64,000 nt of DNA, from NCBI GenBank assembly GCA_030141605.1, contig JAQGDQ010000015.1, positions 930,001 through 994,000 on the forward strand, written 5' to 3'. The translations under genes and the position numbers were made by a program. A model generated the notes under the pieces. That model saw only the letters and a program-made list of their open reading frames with translations, ran no database searches and was not told the origin of the DNA. Positions within the stretch are counted from its first letter, which is position 1; every line of letters starts with the position of its first letter. The DNA is from Tubiluchus corallicola (lineage: Eukaryota; Animalia; Priapulida). Shown piece by piece: positions 1 through 15,000 of this stretch.

Positions 1-3000
1 CCTGTTAAACAGATATTTTGAGTAAATGCAAATGGCTGCACAAATTTTGAATAGAAAATGGAAGCTTATCTCATTTGGGTGAGGAGGGGGTTCAAGCACT
101 TACCTTTACAGAGTCATAGTACTGACACTGCAATTGGTATTTTTAAAGTCAATGGTGTAATCATTATTACAATTGTAACAAAAACATATCAAACGCATTT
201 GTAGTACCAAAATTGCAACACATTCTCGCAAACAACACCTTCAGCTTTGATAAACTTAAATGTTTTGAGTTTAAAATTTAACTCATTACCAATGTGTCAA
301 TGTCCGTCAGTTTGCTAGTTAAGGGATGTATACTTGCACTGAGTATGTTCACTCTAGCAGAGGATTTTATCGTTTTATTGTTTTTTTTGTTATCAAATGT
401 GCAATGAATTTGCTTTATAAATAAAGGAACATCAGTGGAATAAAGCTTGATAGTTAGTAATGTGTTCAAGAAACAGCAAAATGTTGTAAACATAGTAATA
501 ATTGTGTAGTTACTGGGTGTTGGGATATTGTATACTGCCCTGCAACCATTTACAGCTAATAATATAATGCTAGTTATAATTCAAAAATTCTTTATGGGAT
601 TAGTCTGACTTCTACTGTAAACAATTAAACACTCAAACCAAATTGAACTGATTCAGACTTCAGTTGCAACTGGGTCACACCAAAGACATCTTACGATTCA
701 GCTTGAAATTATTTTTACTAGCAACTGGATCATAGATTTTTATGCCACACATGCACAGAGAGAGAGACCGCTAGCTTGCAAATTTTGAACATCAAATCTC
801 TGCAATTCAACTTAGGGCTGTAAATGGTCTAATGACTCTGCTGCCTGTTGTCAGCAATTGAAAAAATGTCTGTTGTACTTATTTCAACTATTGAGTTAGG
901 AAGCGGAATTATAAACAACAAAAACTTAGATCCTGAATTATCTAAGTTAATATTTTTATTTACAAACTAAATAAGCTCAACTAAATGAGTTAATACCACA
1001 TTTAAGAATGAATCATTGGGTCCACGCAATCACACCTCACGTCATGACATGTTTGCATGGAAATCACGGTGTGTCATAACTTTCTTTGCAGAAACAACTG
1101 CGTATACACTCAAATACGATAGTTATTTGTTTTTATTAAACAAGACCTTATTTTGTTTTTATTGTAAATTAGTTTAGTGCCACAATTTCATGGTTAATTT
1201 AGTATTCACAAGTATTTATTTAGTAATCTTGTCTCTATTATACTGTAATCAAGGTTAGTATACTATAGAGAAAATGATTTATAAAATAGTTGTCACAATG
1301 TGAAAAGCAATAATAGAAATCTGAGACTTGTCAGTCAGCTATAAAAACGTTTTTGAAGTTCAAGACTTCAAACTAAGGGTTCTAAATTTGACTTGCAATC
1401 AAGTACCTGCCAAGCCTAAGTCCACACCCAAAAATTATTATAAGCCAAGAAGAAAACTGAAAATACCGGTAACTGGTAGAGCTATGTTCTCGTCTAAACC
1501 TTTAAATCGAGTTTTTTGAGTAGATCCAAGATTGTTATTAAGTTTGCCCTTGATCCAGATCAAACTGCGATAGTAACCAGTGACAGCACAAGAGTGGCAC
1601 ACATCAAATGCTTTCAGCAAGCTAAAGAAAAACACGTTTAGAATGAGTACAACAAAATAACATTATGCTGCTTCGGTGTGCAATAAACAGTATTTTTCTT
1701 AGAGGGTACTGCAAATACATTTCATAATGCAGAAAATATCCAATACCAAATAAATTATGAAAATTAAAAAATTAAAAAAGTGAAGTTGTTTTAAGATGAG
1801 GATTATTTTAGGATTCACGAAGAAAGCCTATCATCAATGGCTTTGATGGCAATAAACATGTTATTATCACCAATATTTGTTATCAAAAAATCATTAATAC
1901 GAATAAGATTTTCCAAAACAAATCAGTTGGCATAAAATACATCTTATTCAGCAATTTCTCAAAATTTTTGGTTAAGATTGTATTATCCAGGGCTGCAACT
2001 ACCACACCAGTTTCCCATCACTGCCATAGGGCCTTCCAGCATAAGAAGTCCCGTCGGTTCCCACATTTTTCTATGTGCTGGCGGTTGCCATGGTGCTACA
2101 GATGCACTTTGACGTTGTTGCAATGACAAATGAGTGCTGCATTCCAAGTGTAAGCCTACTATAATGCAAACTGCAAAGAACACATTCATTTTATTTACTA
2201 TTGTTTTAATTTTGCTAGCTGTGATTTTAAAATGAAGAAAAAGAAGGTCTTCTCTAAGTTTGGCAGATTAGCTAAAAACTATGTAAGGTCAACATTACAA
2301 CAGGAACATCTTGATATTATAGCTATAATATCTATTGAAAATGAAACAGCTGGGTAAAGGATATTTAAAACATTGTTATATGAAATTTGCAAGCCAAGCA
2401 TAAAGAATTTTTGTTTAGGATGCTAATGCTAACTCTGTTTAAATCAGTTGCCAAGATGCACAAACATTATTCAGATTATGGTGCACTTGTAGTTAAAGTG
2501 GTTCTTGGCAGTTGTTCATGCATTAATGAATGTAATGATATTTTACCAAAAAACCCTAATCTAAAAATACTATGCAATTCCGTTATTAATCAGCGAAAGG
2601 TACCTAAACTGCAAGCTCACCGATTTATTACATATTAATACAATAATGCAGTTTGAACAAAGTGAATGGCTCAAAGTGGAATAATCAAATTTTTTTATGG
2701 TGATTTTGATCACTAAATTTAGCATGCGAATGTAATGCAAGTAACAGTTTATAATTTTTAAACACAAATATATCTATTGTAACAACAGATAAACAGTGTA
2801 GCACAGCAGAAAAAGCTAAAAAATATAGTAATTTTCGTATTGAAACTCGGAGGCAGGGCAGTCAAGCAGAACGTTTCAGGTTACAAATGTCAGTAGGGGC
2901 TGCAATGAATCCTTGAGCAAAGAAGTCTCGGGTTCTGTAGTTGCAGCCCTGGTTTTATCTAACAGAAGGAACAAAAAATACAGAGCAGTAATACATACAG

Positions 3001-6000
3001 AACAAGAGCAAGATTGGTGCTTAATATGATGACGCTACCAAGAAGCTGAAGCAGCCATACCAAAACCTTCTGGAAGCTGATTAACATGGACTGACCAAAC
3101 TCAACTGAAAACACGGTAAATTTAAAATAGACACACTTGTTACAAACCAGATTAAATCTTAAAATTAACTCAGCAGGATAAAAAGACATTTAAAGGAAAA
3201 TAGTGTGTGAGTGTGTTAAAAACTTTTGTCTTGTCTACCGACTAAGTGTGCTAAGGTTAATTACTCACTGTAGACCAGAAACCTCTGAGGAGCTAAATTT
3301 TGGGGATGTCTTTATGATACAAATATCTACAATGCATAACTAGTATTTATACATGTGTTCTAAGTTGGGTTTTTAAATTTGTAAACATATGTAAGCTGTA
3401 AGCTGCCGTGATTCATTATGATTTTTTGTCAATAATTAATATTAGTACAGCATGCTTTCATTGAAACAATGTGGAAACACTGCTATGCCAGATATTAGAC
3501 AGAAAATTTACATTATCAGATTACAGGTTACAGACAGAAAATTTACAAACCAAGCTTGCTTTACTGCCTGGCCACCTCTACCAGTTAATCAGCATAGGTT
3601 ACATGACAGTACTCATTAACATACTTTGAATGACTGCTTTTAAGTTAATGATTGACATTACTCTCTGAGGTGGTTAGAAAATGCATTACAGTTTTAGAAA
3701 GGTGCAGATAAAAGTAGCTCATCTGGTCAGCTCACAAGAAAGCCTAACATAAAATTGTTAGCCACTTTCAATATTTTTTGGTCTAATTCAACAAAGGTAT
3801 AAATTTAATTTACTAGCCCTATACTGAAATTATAACTAAAAAGTTTGAATTTGTTATAAGCCAGGGGTGTGCAAATTATCTGACTAGCCGGGCCATATTA
3901 AATTTTCCCACAATTCCTGCGTGCCACAGACAGTTTGATCTAGGAGCTAAGTACAAAAAGGCCTAATAACGATTTTTTGCATCCAACCTGCGTACATCAT
4001 TACTACTACACTCAAGAAACTATTTTAGAAGTTATTAAAATTTATATTACAAAACATATATTTCTACTTTCAGGACAGATAGTGGTAATTACATTACAAT
4101 GCATATTAGTAATGTGTATCACACAGTCTGTGTATTACAGTGTTATTAAGCTACAACCGTCTTGTAAGGGTTAATGGCATCCGATCTAGTAGAAAAAACT
4201 ACCCGCACTATCTTTGGGATCGTGGTACGGACTTCAGCTGGATACACTCAATACACTCAATTAATCGCCCGAGCCGCACAAATTCTCTCGGCGGGCCGCA
4301 ATTTGCACACCCCTGTTATAAGCCTAGTGAAATTAGATTATAGTCAATGATTATCAGAGGACTAAACTGCTACAAGAAGAAATACTTACGACCCTTATGA
4401 GTTAAGCCAGGCGGAAGACGATAATGTTGATTCTTCTTGTTTACATGTTTCCTGGGCTGGCTTGCTGGTGTAGGTTGAGAAAATGTTTTTGAATCGTTTT
4501 TGTTATAAATATTTCTATGACGTGCATATTTAGTTGCATTACTCACTTTTTCATCTAGAAACACACGTAATAAAGCAATATTTGTTAACATTACTCCACC
4601 GACTTGTACTAAATATACAGTACATAATGACAAAAACAGCGCCTCATCATCATAAAACTCTTTAGGTAACTACTAATGTACTGGTACGTGAATGATTGAA
4701 TGATTATGACTTATACCTAGTATATAATAAACACAAAATCATAAACTAGAACGAAAGTGTGAACCTTGACCAGACTGTAATGTTATATGTGATAACACCT
4801 GTATTATTTAGCATGCTTAGGCATAGATGTTATTTACATATGTTCATAGCTGTTTCTAATGCAGAATTTTTTAATATGTTTGTTCAGAAAGCTAATATAT
4901 AAAAAACACACTTTTCTGCACCTGGCTATTACAAAATTTTAACGACTAAAGATATTCACTGTATTTCAAGTTTTATAGTAACAACAACTGAAGTATATGC
5001 AATTAAGATTTCTTTATTTGTTCAGTAAATTATTATGTATTACGAGTTTTTGAAAGCAGGTTGAAGACAAATATATGATTCTGGTTACAAAACAAAAAAC
5101 AGTCTCTTCTCATTACGTATATTAAAGGTCCACTAACACCCTGGTAGACACTTGCTGTGAAAATTCACTATTGACTAACCTGATACAAAAAAGTGGCTTC
5201 ATTTTTTATAAACAAGCGCATTTCAGTTTGGATAGCATTGAAACATTTCAAATATAGTTCCGCACAGACATTTTGCGAAAAACGAAAAATCCGGGAAAAA
5301 AGCTTTAGTGACATCACGCTAGGAACGACACTGCGCATGTGTGACTCTCATTGTATTTACATGTGGGCAAAGTCAAGCCATACGCCAGTAATGAAGAGAC
5401 TGGGGTACTCGCATTTTGGTATTTTAGTGTTAAGCTCACATAATGCGTTTGTCCACACTTACTTTAATGCACTATAGATGAAAACAATATTAATAACAAA
5501 GTACAACGTATAAAGGTGTTCGCATAACATCACTGGTATTTCGCACTGCGCTGCTTTCTTGTTCATTTTCTGATCACTTCTGTTTTATAAATGTCTCACT
5601 GCCAAGGTATCTTTTGCCCGACGTCCTGTTCCGGCAAAGCTTCTGATGAACAGTGATCGTTTTTACGTTTTCAGCATACAAAATTGTAAAAATAACAACG
5701 GATTCTCAGGAACGATCGAAGAGAAAAGAACTACACAATAAGGCAGTAATGACAGATGATTTTGTTTCCTGGTCTTTACTGATGTTTTGAGCCTGTGCAG
5801 AGCCGGTATATTGTCTGACTTAACGTGAGGTTCAAAAGTAAAAGAAAACGGAAAACTAAGAAGAAATGCCTTTCCGACAACATTTTTACATCATTAAAAT
5901 AGTGCTCCCTACATTTTTAGACACCTGGAAAAACCTTTGTAGCATGTTTTCGAACGTGCAAATGAGGTTTCAGAGAAAACAGCTTTAAATATTTAAGTAA

Positions 6001-9000
6001 AAAATATTCTCATAGTCTACAATTTGACTGCTGATCGATGCATATATAAGTTTGATGCAGTCGAGCAACTTTATTCTACGTGTAACTGCCCAATTTTCAT
6101 TTTTCACCATGCCTAGCAGGACAGATTGTGGCAAAAAAAAGATTGTCCTATCCTCACTGCGGTTGCGCTTTGTGCCATTTTTATGTTGAGATAACGTGTA
6201 AAAAATCAAAAGAAATATTTCAAAATGTGAAAAAAGGGAGGTAGTTATTAAAATCGGGAGTTTCCGTTAAACTGGTAGGGTTGAAATGTTTTACTGCTAA
6301 CCTTGACTAAATATAGTTTTTATGAAATTAAGTTATAAAGATTAATTCCTTATTACCTTACTTACTGTGCATCTAACCCAAAATAGTGGCTAGCAGCTTA
6401 CTTGCAGCTTGATTAAATTTACGGGAGTACTTGGCACACCTATTGTTCATACAGCCTACACACAGTTTAAATAATGGTACTAACATCATAGTGCTCTGCA
6501 TACTGTGTTTGTCACTATAAATTTGTTGTTCCTTGCAGAGTTGTAAAATAAAAAAAGACGTGATGTCACAGCACTGAGTGTCATGGCGGGCGATAATATT
6601 TGTGACAGTACCAACGGCGCTTAATTTAAGTTACCATATCACGTAAAAGCATATATTAAAATTTTTTAAAAATTAGGAAATATGTAATTCTACCTATGCT
6701 TCAAAAGAACATAACATAAAAAATTGTCATAGGACCTTTAAAAGGGAACATGTGATACCTGCATTTTAAAATCTGTTTTTGGATATTTTGTGGTGCTAAC
6801 TAATGCAGGAAGGTTGAAAATTTATCACATAATTAGTGTGATATTGATTGAAATTGCTTGTTGTGCCCAGTAATGAACACATAATAATTAGATTCTAGTA
6901 TTATTTGAAAAGTCTGTGAACAAGAAATCTTTCAATTTTGTAAAATACTATGTTGCCTGAAATGCTAAGCAATTGAAATGAGTGAGTACGTAATAATGCC
7001 AATGCTCAGTAGAGCCCTGGTCATTTGAATATTAAGTTCCGCAAACTTAGAAAAAAAGTCACAAAGCAAAATCATATCAGTTCGCAAGCACTCTTACTTA
7101 TTTGAAGAAGTCAGGCTGAGTTGAAAATAAAATTCTCTTTTTAATTTAAACAATTCAAGTTAACAGAAAAAAAGCTGACGTCAAAAAGTTACAATCTGGA
7201 TGATCATAAATACACTAGAAAAATATTTATCAGAATTGCTCATAAAGTAATACAATTTATTTTTACGAACCCAGCACTTCTTTATTTGCCTACTTTTAAC
7301 AAAATGTAAATGCAATAATAGCATTCATTTCAGTTTTAAGCAGGTTATGAACCCTAAAAATGGCTGTCTAGACTGTCAGCAAGAGCATTTAAATTTTCCA
7401 GTTCTGCATGTGAATCTCCACTCATCGTTTAAGACGTTTACTTACTTAAAATGATTAGTCAACTGTTCAGTTTGCAATACAAGATTTTGTATTTTGTTTT
7501 TAGAATTAATCAACTACACAACGAACAAAATGACCAATGAAATTACAGGGATTATTTTTACTTAAAAGATGCATAAAAATGCTATCTTAATATTTACAAG
7601 TGCTTCATAGGAAGCAAGGCGCTAAACTTTTTATCCAAAGTACATGTTTAGGAAACACAGGCACCGCAGATATATACATAGTACAGGCTTGCACCAACCA
7701 GAATTCTCTGTTTCGAAAAGATATTCAGTATGCTTACCATCATATAATTCTGTTTCCGGATAAGACTCACTAAAAGAAGATGAGAAATCAACATCGGCAA
7801 ATGCAGCATCAAGACGAAACGAGTGTGCCTTAGCCTACAATACACAAACATTTCACTAATTCATACAAAGCAAAAAATTGTACTTTACTTACAATGATAC
7901 TAACAGCCAGGCTGAGATTACTACCAACTTTGGTCAATTTTTTAAAGACTGTGATTAATACTGACCGTCAAGTTCAACAAACATTTTTTGGCTGTGACAA
8001 AAAGCCACTTCATTCGAAAGAAAGAAAAATCAGTTCAACAAACAAGTAACCACCTAAAAGCAGCAAGCCAAAACAGTAAAACTATGAAAAATTATGGACT
8101 GACCAATGGTTACTCAAAAACAAAAAACTCTTAGTGCTGCCACACTTGAAAGATGCACTATAATAGTGACATAAAATACAAACGAACTATGCATACAGGA
8201 GTACCTTTACCTTTTTAGATTCTCTGTGTGGTTGGTTGAAAATACGCCGAGGATCAAAATATGGTTCTTCATCGTGCGCTGCTTTTCCGGTTTTAGAAAT
8301 TCCATGATCCCCCTTCCTCTTTGGTGGTCTGTTCTCATCCTGCACTGTGTTCTTTTTTGGCACCTGATAAATAAAATAATAGTTGATTATAATAGGGAAG
8401 TTAGCAGCATTAAACAACTAAACATGTTTCACAATACCCAGGAAAAATGAAATTATAAGTGTTTTAAAATTAGTAAATAACATTGTTGTTAGTGCTGCTA
8501 CATGTGTTTGAAGTGGTAGTGAGTGTAGGCTATTTTAGGCAAATTACTATTATACTTAAAGTTTCCCTATCATCAGCATCATACCACCAGTTTCCAAGTT
8601 TTATCAACTGTCGGAGAAAATTTATTAGTAATACTCATATAACCAGCTATTTTTGCTAAATTGTCTGTGATATTTTATTAACAGCTTGCTTTTAAAAAGT
8701 ATCAGTCACACTGCTATCCAATCAGTGACGTTTAGGGAACAAGAACAGTTCCTAAAAAATGTAATGGCATCAAGTCTGTAATTAAGTCAATTACCCCAGG
8801 TGCTCATGAGTTAATTTTGTTGAGTTGAACATAAGAAATTGACACTTCCTTCATATACGTCTTTGGAAAAGCATTGAATAAGCAAATATATAAACCATGC
8901 ACAATGTACATACGTTAGGTATTTGTGTATCGGTATCATTTGCAAGAAAACCACATTTCACTTGGTTGGCCGCACTACTTTCATGAGCTTGGATTTTACT

Positions 9001-12000
9001 AGCCCGAGCAGAAGGCTTGCCTGACTTTGGCTCATCATCAAAATTATCCAATCTGCAAATTTCCGTTACTTAGATTAAAGGTTTAGCAAAAAAAATTAAT
9101 AGACATTAGATGTAGTAGATATAGACAATAGAAATTAATAAAATAAGTGCCTCAGATCGATTACTTCTCAGCTGGAAGATTATCAAATTATTTGAATATC
9201 ATGCAACAATTCGGTTTGAAGCCAAGAAGCTATCTTTTCTTACTAATGATTATCTGCTTCCATTTATAATTCACAATTTATTCGTTATAAATCAATTAGT
9301 TTAATGACAGCCACAGTTAACAAACAGCAAGTCACAAAAAACAAGCAGAGCGGATTTTGCATGCATTATTTTTTAAAGACCTTGGAAAATTTGCATTTCC
9401 AGGTAAAGGTAAAATTCTAATGCACTGCAATCTTTTTGGCAGGTCAATTGGCTATTGTAAAACAAAATTAAATTATCTTTGTTAATCGTATACGTTCATC
9501 TTCACAAACTTAGCAAACTCTGTTTTCATTTAGCGGTTAAAATGGTTAGCTTACTTACAAGTTACACAGAAAGTATGAAACTTCCATATGCAAAAGTAAT
9601 GATCACACAATTAGTAATAAAAACGAGAGTCCTTTTCATTAAAAAAATGTTAATTTCCTACTTTTTCGGTGATAGAATAAATGTTGACATGGCATCTCTG
9701 CGATTGCACTGCTAACCTGCACACTGCTTTATAAATGTTAGCGTTGCAACCATAAGATGAAGCAGTAAGAAAATCTTATTGAATATCAGAAACAAATTTC
9801 TGTTGGGAACGGAAATACAAATATTATAATTCTTTCGCCATGCTGTCATCATTACATTAACAAGATAAGTACAATTTCAATCATCTAAATATGTTATCTG
9901 AATTTTAGCATTTTACCCAATTTTGTGTAGTTAGATGTATTCCATTAAATTCAGTAGTCACAGACTCACAAAGTTAACCACCAGTTATTATCTGTTTTCA
10001 ATAATTACCCATATTTTGAATCCGGTTTGATGACAGTCTGATAGCCATGAGTTGTCTTCAATGTAGCTCCTCTTTTCTGTTTAGCCATTCTGGGTGGCAG
10101 TTTTTGCTTAGTGTCGATACTGGGACTGTGAGCCCCATCTCTTGCCACACCTGAAGCGGGCAGCTGTGCATTGACCACCTCAGAGTATTTCGGTTTAGCT
10201 GAAAGAGGAGGCTGAGTGGAAGAGATTACCATTGTTGGAGGGGGAAAAGAGGGCTTTACCACTGCTTCCTTTGATGCCGTAGCCATGGCAGCCGCTTCCT
10301 CCTTCTCTTGATTGATGACATTTTGAACATCTGAAGCTGTATCATTGTCCAGTTTCAAATTAATTGTGCCAAATGGGTTATACTCTGCTGTCCATTGTGT
10401 TCCTGAATTACAAATACATATGTAAATACAGAGAAAATGTACATGTAGCAGAAATATATTATGCATACTTTAACATTCCACATATTTTTCAAGTTTTACA
10501 TTGCAATGATAAATTGGTAAAATGCTAATTATAAAAAGTGAATGTTCATGCCTGGTTACTCACAGCCGAGTAATACTTGTAAACCTAGAAGGTGACTTAA
10601 TCTGTAGGTAATTCATAATCTAATTTTGATGCAGTGCATTTAATTAGCATCAATCACGTTACTCACCTACATGTTTGTAAATTTGTTTGCTCTGCATTTT
10701 CATAATTACAAAAACATTTTCATTACCTTCGTTCAAAAATATGAGTGAGACAGCAATAAAGTTATCCAATACAATACAACAGGTGCATAAATAATATTTT
10801 ATCACTCTTGTTTCAGCAACTAAACTCAAAACCAGTTTTAAAAGTTATGTAATCTACTGTGACTGCAGACAAGCCTGTGGGTGGCTAAACTTTGTAGTGC
10901 AGCAGTAAGGTACAAAACAGAAGGAAAATTGTTACGGAGTTCTCATCTGGAAATGTAGATAGGCTACGTTTATTAGAACTTCTTTTTAGTTAAGCTCATC
11001 TGAGTAAAGAGTGCTGATACTGATATATTTCCTGCTATAACCTTTGAAACTTTCGGTATTAATCTAAGAGTCTTATCCAGAAAGCATATATGTACTTTGG
11101 GATTTCATGCTGCTGTCAGACTTGTGTTATTTTTTACTTCTACTTCTCAAAAAATTTAAACAACATCAAGCTACTATCCAATTTATTTTTTTGCAATATT
11201 GCATTATTCTGCCTTACACAGTAAATAAATTATGAATGGAGCCACATGGCTGTGTGCTTTATTGCTGCATGCAAACTAAGATCTAGATGTGTGAATGTGA
11301 AATGCACTAGGGCTGGGAATGTATGCTTGAAATCATTATAAAATGAATAGTAAATAAATAAATAAATAAACTAAAAACAAAAAATGAGTATTCATCAGCC
11401 GTTAATCTGTACATTGAAAATAAACAACCTATACTACTGGTCATACAAAAGTTTGATGTAATAACTTCCAACAACTTTGCTTGGATGGTTTCAAATTCAT
11501 AAGTAACGTTAGTATTAGAATTGGTGCCTATCTAACGGTAAAAAAACTTGCTAGGTTTTCTCACATTAAAAAACACATTAATAAGTCATACAAGTTGGAA
11601 GATGCACAAGCCAGATGCAGAATTACCAGTTAAGATAAATGTCTTACTATCATGATGTAGTTATGAACATTATGACAATTTGCAAATAATTTACGGAAAA
11701 AGTACCGTATATACTCGCATATAAGCCGAATTTAGAACTATAAAATACAATACTGAAATCAGGGGGTCGGCTTATATGCGCGTGAAACAAAATGAAGGAG
11801 TGTGTGGAGAAGGAGATCTTCGAGCGGTTTGAAGCCCAGAGACAAAATGGATATGACTTTTGATTTATCATGTCCAGAGACAGGACAATGATTTTGAAGG
11901 TTTCTAATTATTTTAAGAACACTACGTTAAATTATAAACAGAAATGTTATAAATTTTTGTGAATAAATAGAAAACAAAATATTTTCTTCTTTATTCATAT

Positions 12001-15000
12001 CAAAATGTATAATTTCTTCTATTTCTTCTAGTATGTAACATAAAAGTAAGCATTTTACATCTTTATAGTAAAAAATTTCTATGAACCAAAAATACCCAAT
12101 TAACAAAATGTGACAAAAAGGGATCAATTTTGTTGATTTGGTATGGATTAAAATTAGACAAGTTGATGGTCGGCTTATATACGGGTTTTTGCAAAAACTG
12201 GCCATTTTAAAGCAGTTTTAGGGGGTCGGCTTATATGCGATGTAGGCTTATATGCGAGTATATACGGTAACTAGTTTTCAATATTGCTGGCATCCTTCTG
12301 TCTCGAAAGACAATGGATTGTGCGCCAAGAGAGTCAGTTATTAATCAAATTGATGGAGCTGCAGCGTCGACTGTGACTGAGCAGTCCGATCCTTGAGCGG
12401 CAGTTCCGGCTGGAGGTTGCACATTGGAAGGCTGTTTCATCCGGGTGAGGTAGGGCATCTTTCTGATGCCTGCGAGTCCTTTTATCCTCTTGTTTTTTCT
12501 CCCTCATTTTCTCCGCTCTGTTAATGGCTGTCCTAACAGCAGATTTCCAGTTACTTCGATCTGCAGCAGGCGCCTCGTAATTTGCTGGTGTAATGCCGCC
12601 TGCCTTGAGGTCCCGTTTACATACATCTTTGTAGCAAAGCAGTGGCCTCCCGGTGGGTCGGGAGCCAGTGGCAAGCTCACCGTACAGAATGTCCTTGGGC
12701 AATCTGCCGTCCTGCATGCGGGAAACATGGCCTAGCCAGCGCAGACGTCTGTTGGTGAGTATGGCATACATGCTAGGGATTCCAGATCTTGCTAGCACAT
12801 CCTTGTTGGTTATGTGCTCCTGCCATGAGATGCCCAGGATTCTTCTGAGGCAGCGTTGGTGGAAAGCATTGAGCCGCGTTCTTGATGGCTATACAGAGTC
12901 CAACTCTCGCTCCCGTACAACAGTGTGCTCAGTACACAGGCTTGGTGAACCTGGGACTTTGTCTTGATAGTCAGTATGTTGTTTTCCCACACTCTCTTCA
13001 TTAAGCGAGCCATCGTTGATGAGGCCTTGCCAATTTTGGAGTTCAGTTCTGTGGCCAAGCTAAGATTGCTGGAAATAACAGAACCAAGATAGGTGAAGTC
13101 TTCCACCACGTCAAGGCAGCAGTCATCGATGGAGATGTGAGGGGCTGGGGAAACATCTTGGCCCAGTACCTTGGTCTTTTGGATGCTGATTGTGAGGCCA
13201 AACATTTCAGTTTTCAATATAGTACAGTAATAATACTAAAGGAGAGCAGATGTAAAAAAGCAAAGTTCCTTATAATTTTTACGTGTACTTAGTACATTCA
13301 TAGCACTGCAAGAGCCATGATAAGTTACCTGAACTTGTGTTTCCAGTGGATACACTACGACGAGGCATATCATTGCTAAAATAACTGAAATGATCATTGC
13401 TAGATCCCTCTTGTACCATAGTCGCAAAATCTCCATACTGAGATGACAACGGATAATTGTCTATTTCATTTTCGGCAAATCTAACAAACATGTTAATAAT
13501 TAAATCACTCAAATTACTGACATTTTCAAAGGCAAACTAAAAAAAATTTCAAAGTAAAACACATTTCATACATTTAGAATTTCAGCGAGTCTCCATAGTA
13601 ACCAATCACCATAGATCTACATAATCATAGCCTCTAAAAGAACGCATTATTGCAGAAAAGAATGAGTGATGTTTTGCTGCTAGCTTGTAGTCAAGTTCAG
13701 CATTTATCAAGACTTAGTGTAAGTTTATGCAGAATGATAAAAAATACTCTGGCCTAAAGTTTCTGATATTAATAACTCTCCATTTTTGACTAAAATAAAG
13801 AAAAACTAGAATTGAAGCACTAATGCTTTTGGATCAACCACATCAAACTTATTCATTTTTGCAAAGTTGCTCAATTTTGTATACATCATAGCACTCATTT
13901 GCCATACAAAAAAATAATGGGAGGTGTGTTCTGGAATACGATTTTTCATAAAAATTCAGAATACACATTGTTGGGACAGATTCATTTAGAATGAAAGTAA
14001 ATCAAGACAATGTAATAATGCAGTGAGCAGATCTATTTAAAGACAAACAGTGGGTGCCATTTATTAGACTCATGGTTAATGAAACCAGTAGGTTAACTAA
14101 CTCAAAGACGTCTGGCATTGGCCCACTCCTATTTAAACGTCTATGAAAGCTATCGGCAATTGACTCAAATAACTCTGCATAATTGACTCAAATTATTTGT
14201 TTCAGAGACACTTGCGTGTAGTCAAACAGCTTTTACAGCTTTTAGGTCATCTTTATTTCACTTTTATGCACTATATTAATCATACATAGACACAATCATG
14301 TTCCGTTTTGTTTGTAAGAAGGTAAGTAGAAGGTACATTTGCCACGCACAAATATGCTAGCATAGCGTTTTTGCCTTGAATATGTTACCCGCTGCTGTAA
14401 TTAACCTCATTCCCCAAGAATCTATGGTAGCTTAACTTTTAATCACATCCCTAGCATATTGCTTTTGAAGCTTTTGCTGCTTTTCACAAAACATTTAATC
14501 AGTTAACTATTGCTGTTATGCATCCAATGCAGTGGCAGTGATTTGCCAGTATTCTTTGCAACTTTACATGTGTAGATATCATAGAGCTTGCAACTATAAG
14601 TGCAGAGTTAATTTTGATAAAGCACTAGAGTATAAACGTAAAAACCTAACATTTAAAGTTGTTGCAGCCTTTGCAGTGTATACTAAGTTGAAGGGTGATC
14701 ACTCGTACTTCTATATTAGTAGCACTACACCCGCTGGCTAATTGATTCAGTCAGTTAATTGGGTCAAAACACCTCCATCCCAAAGTGAGTGCATAAAGCA
14801 GCACCTATTGTATTTGAGGAATGTACTGGGAAAGTGAAACATTGGGCTCATTTACAATCTCTGCAGTATCTTCAATCAAAATTTAAACCTCCTATGATGG
14901 AAACTGTGGCCTGTGATAGTTTTCAAAGAAAAATACCGCTACCACAAAAACATGATTGCACTATTCAAAGCATTAGGGATCCTGCACTTCCAGCCGAATC

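Noticed and set aside
104-127. Possible DNAJC14 micro-exon ending at a GTAAGT donor
   Set aside because: The required phase-1 frame has a TGA stop; the acceptor at 2-3 fits the expected Gly better.
12466-12967. Plus-strand and alternate-frame ORFs over the RTE element
   Set aside because: Shadow ORFs of GC-richer retroelement sequence.
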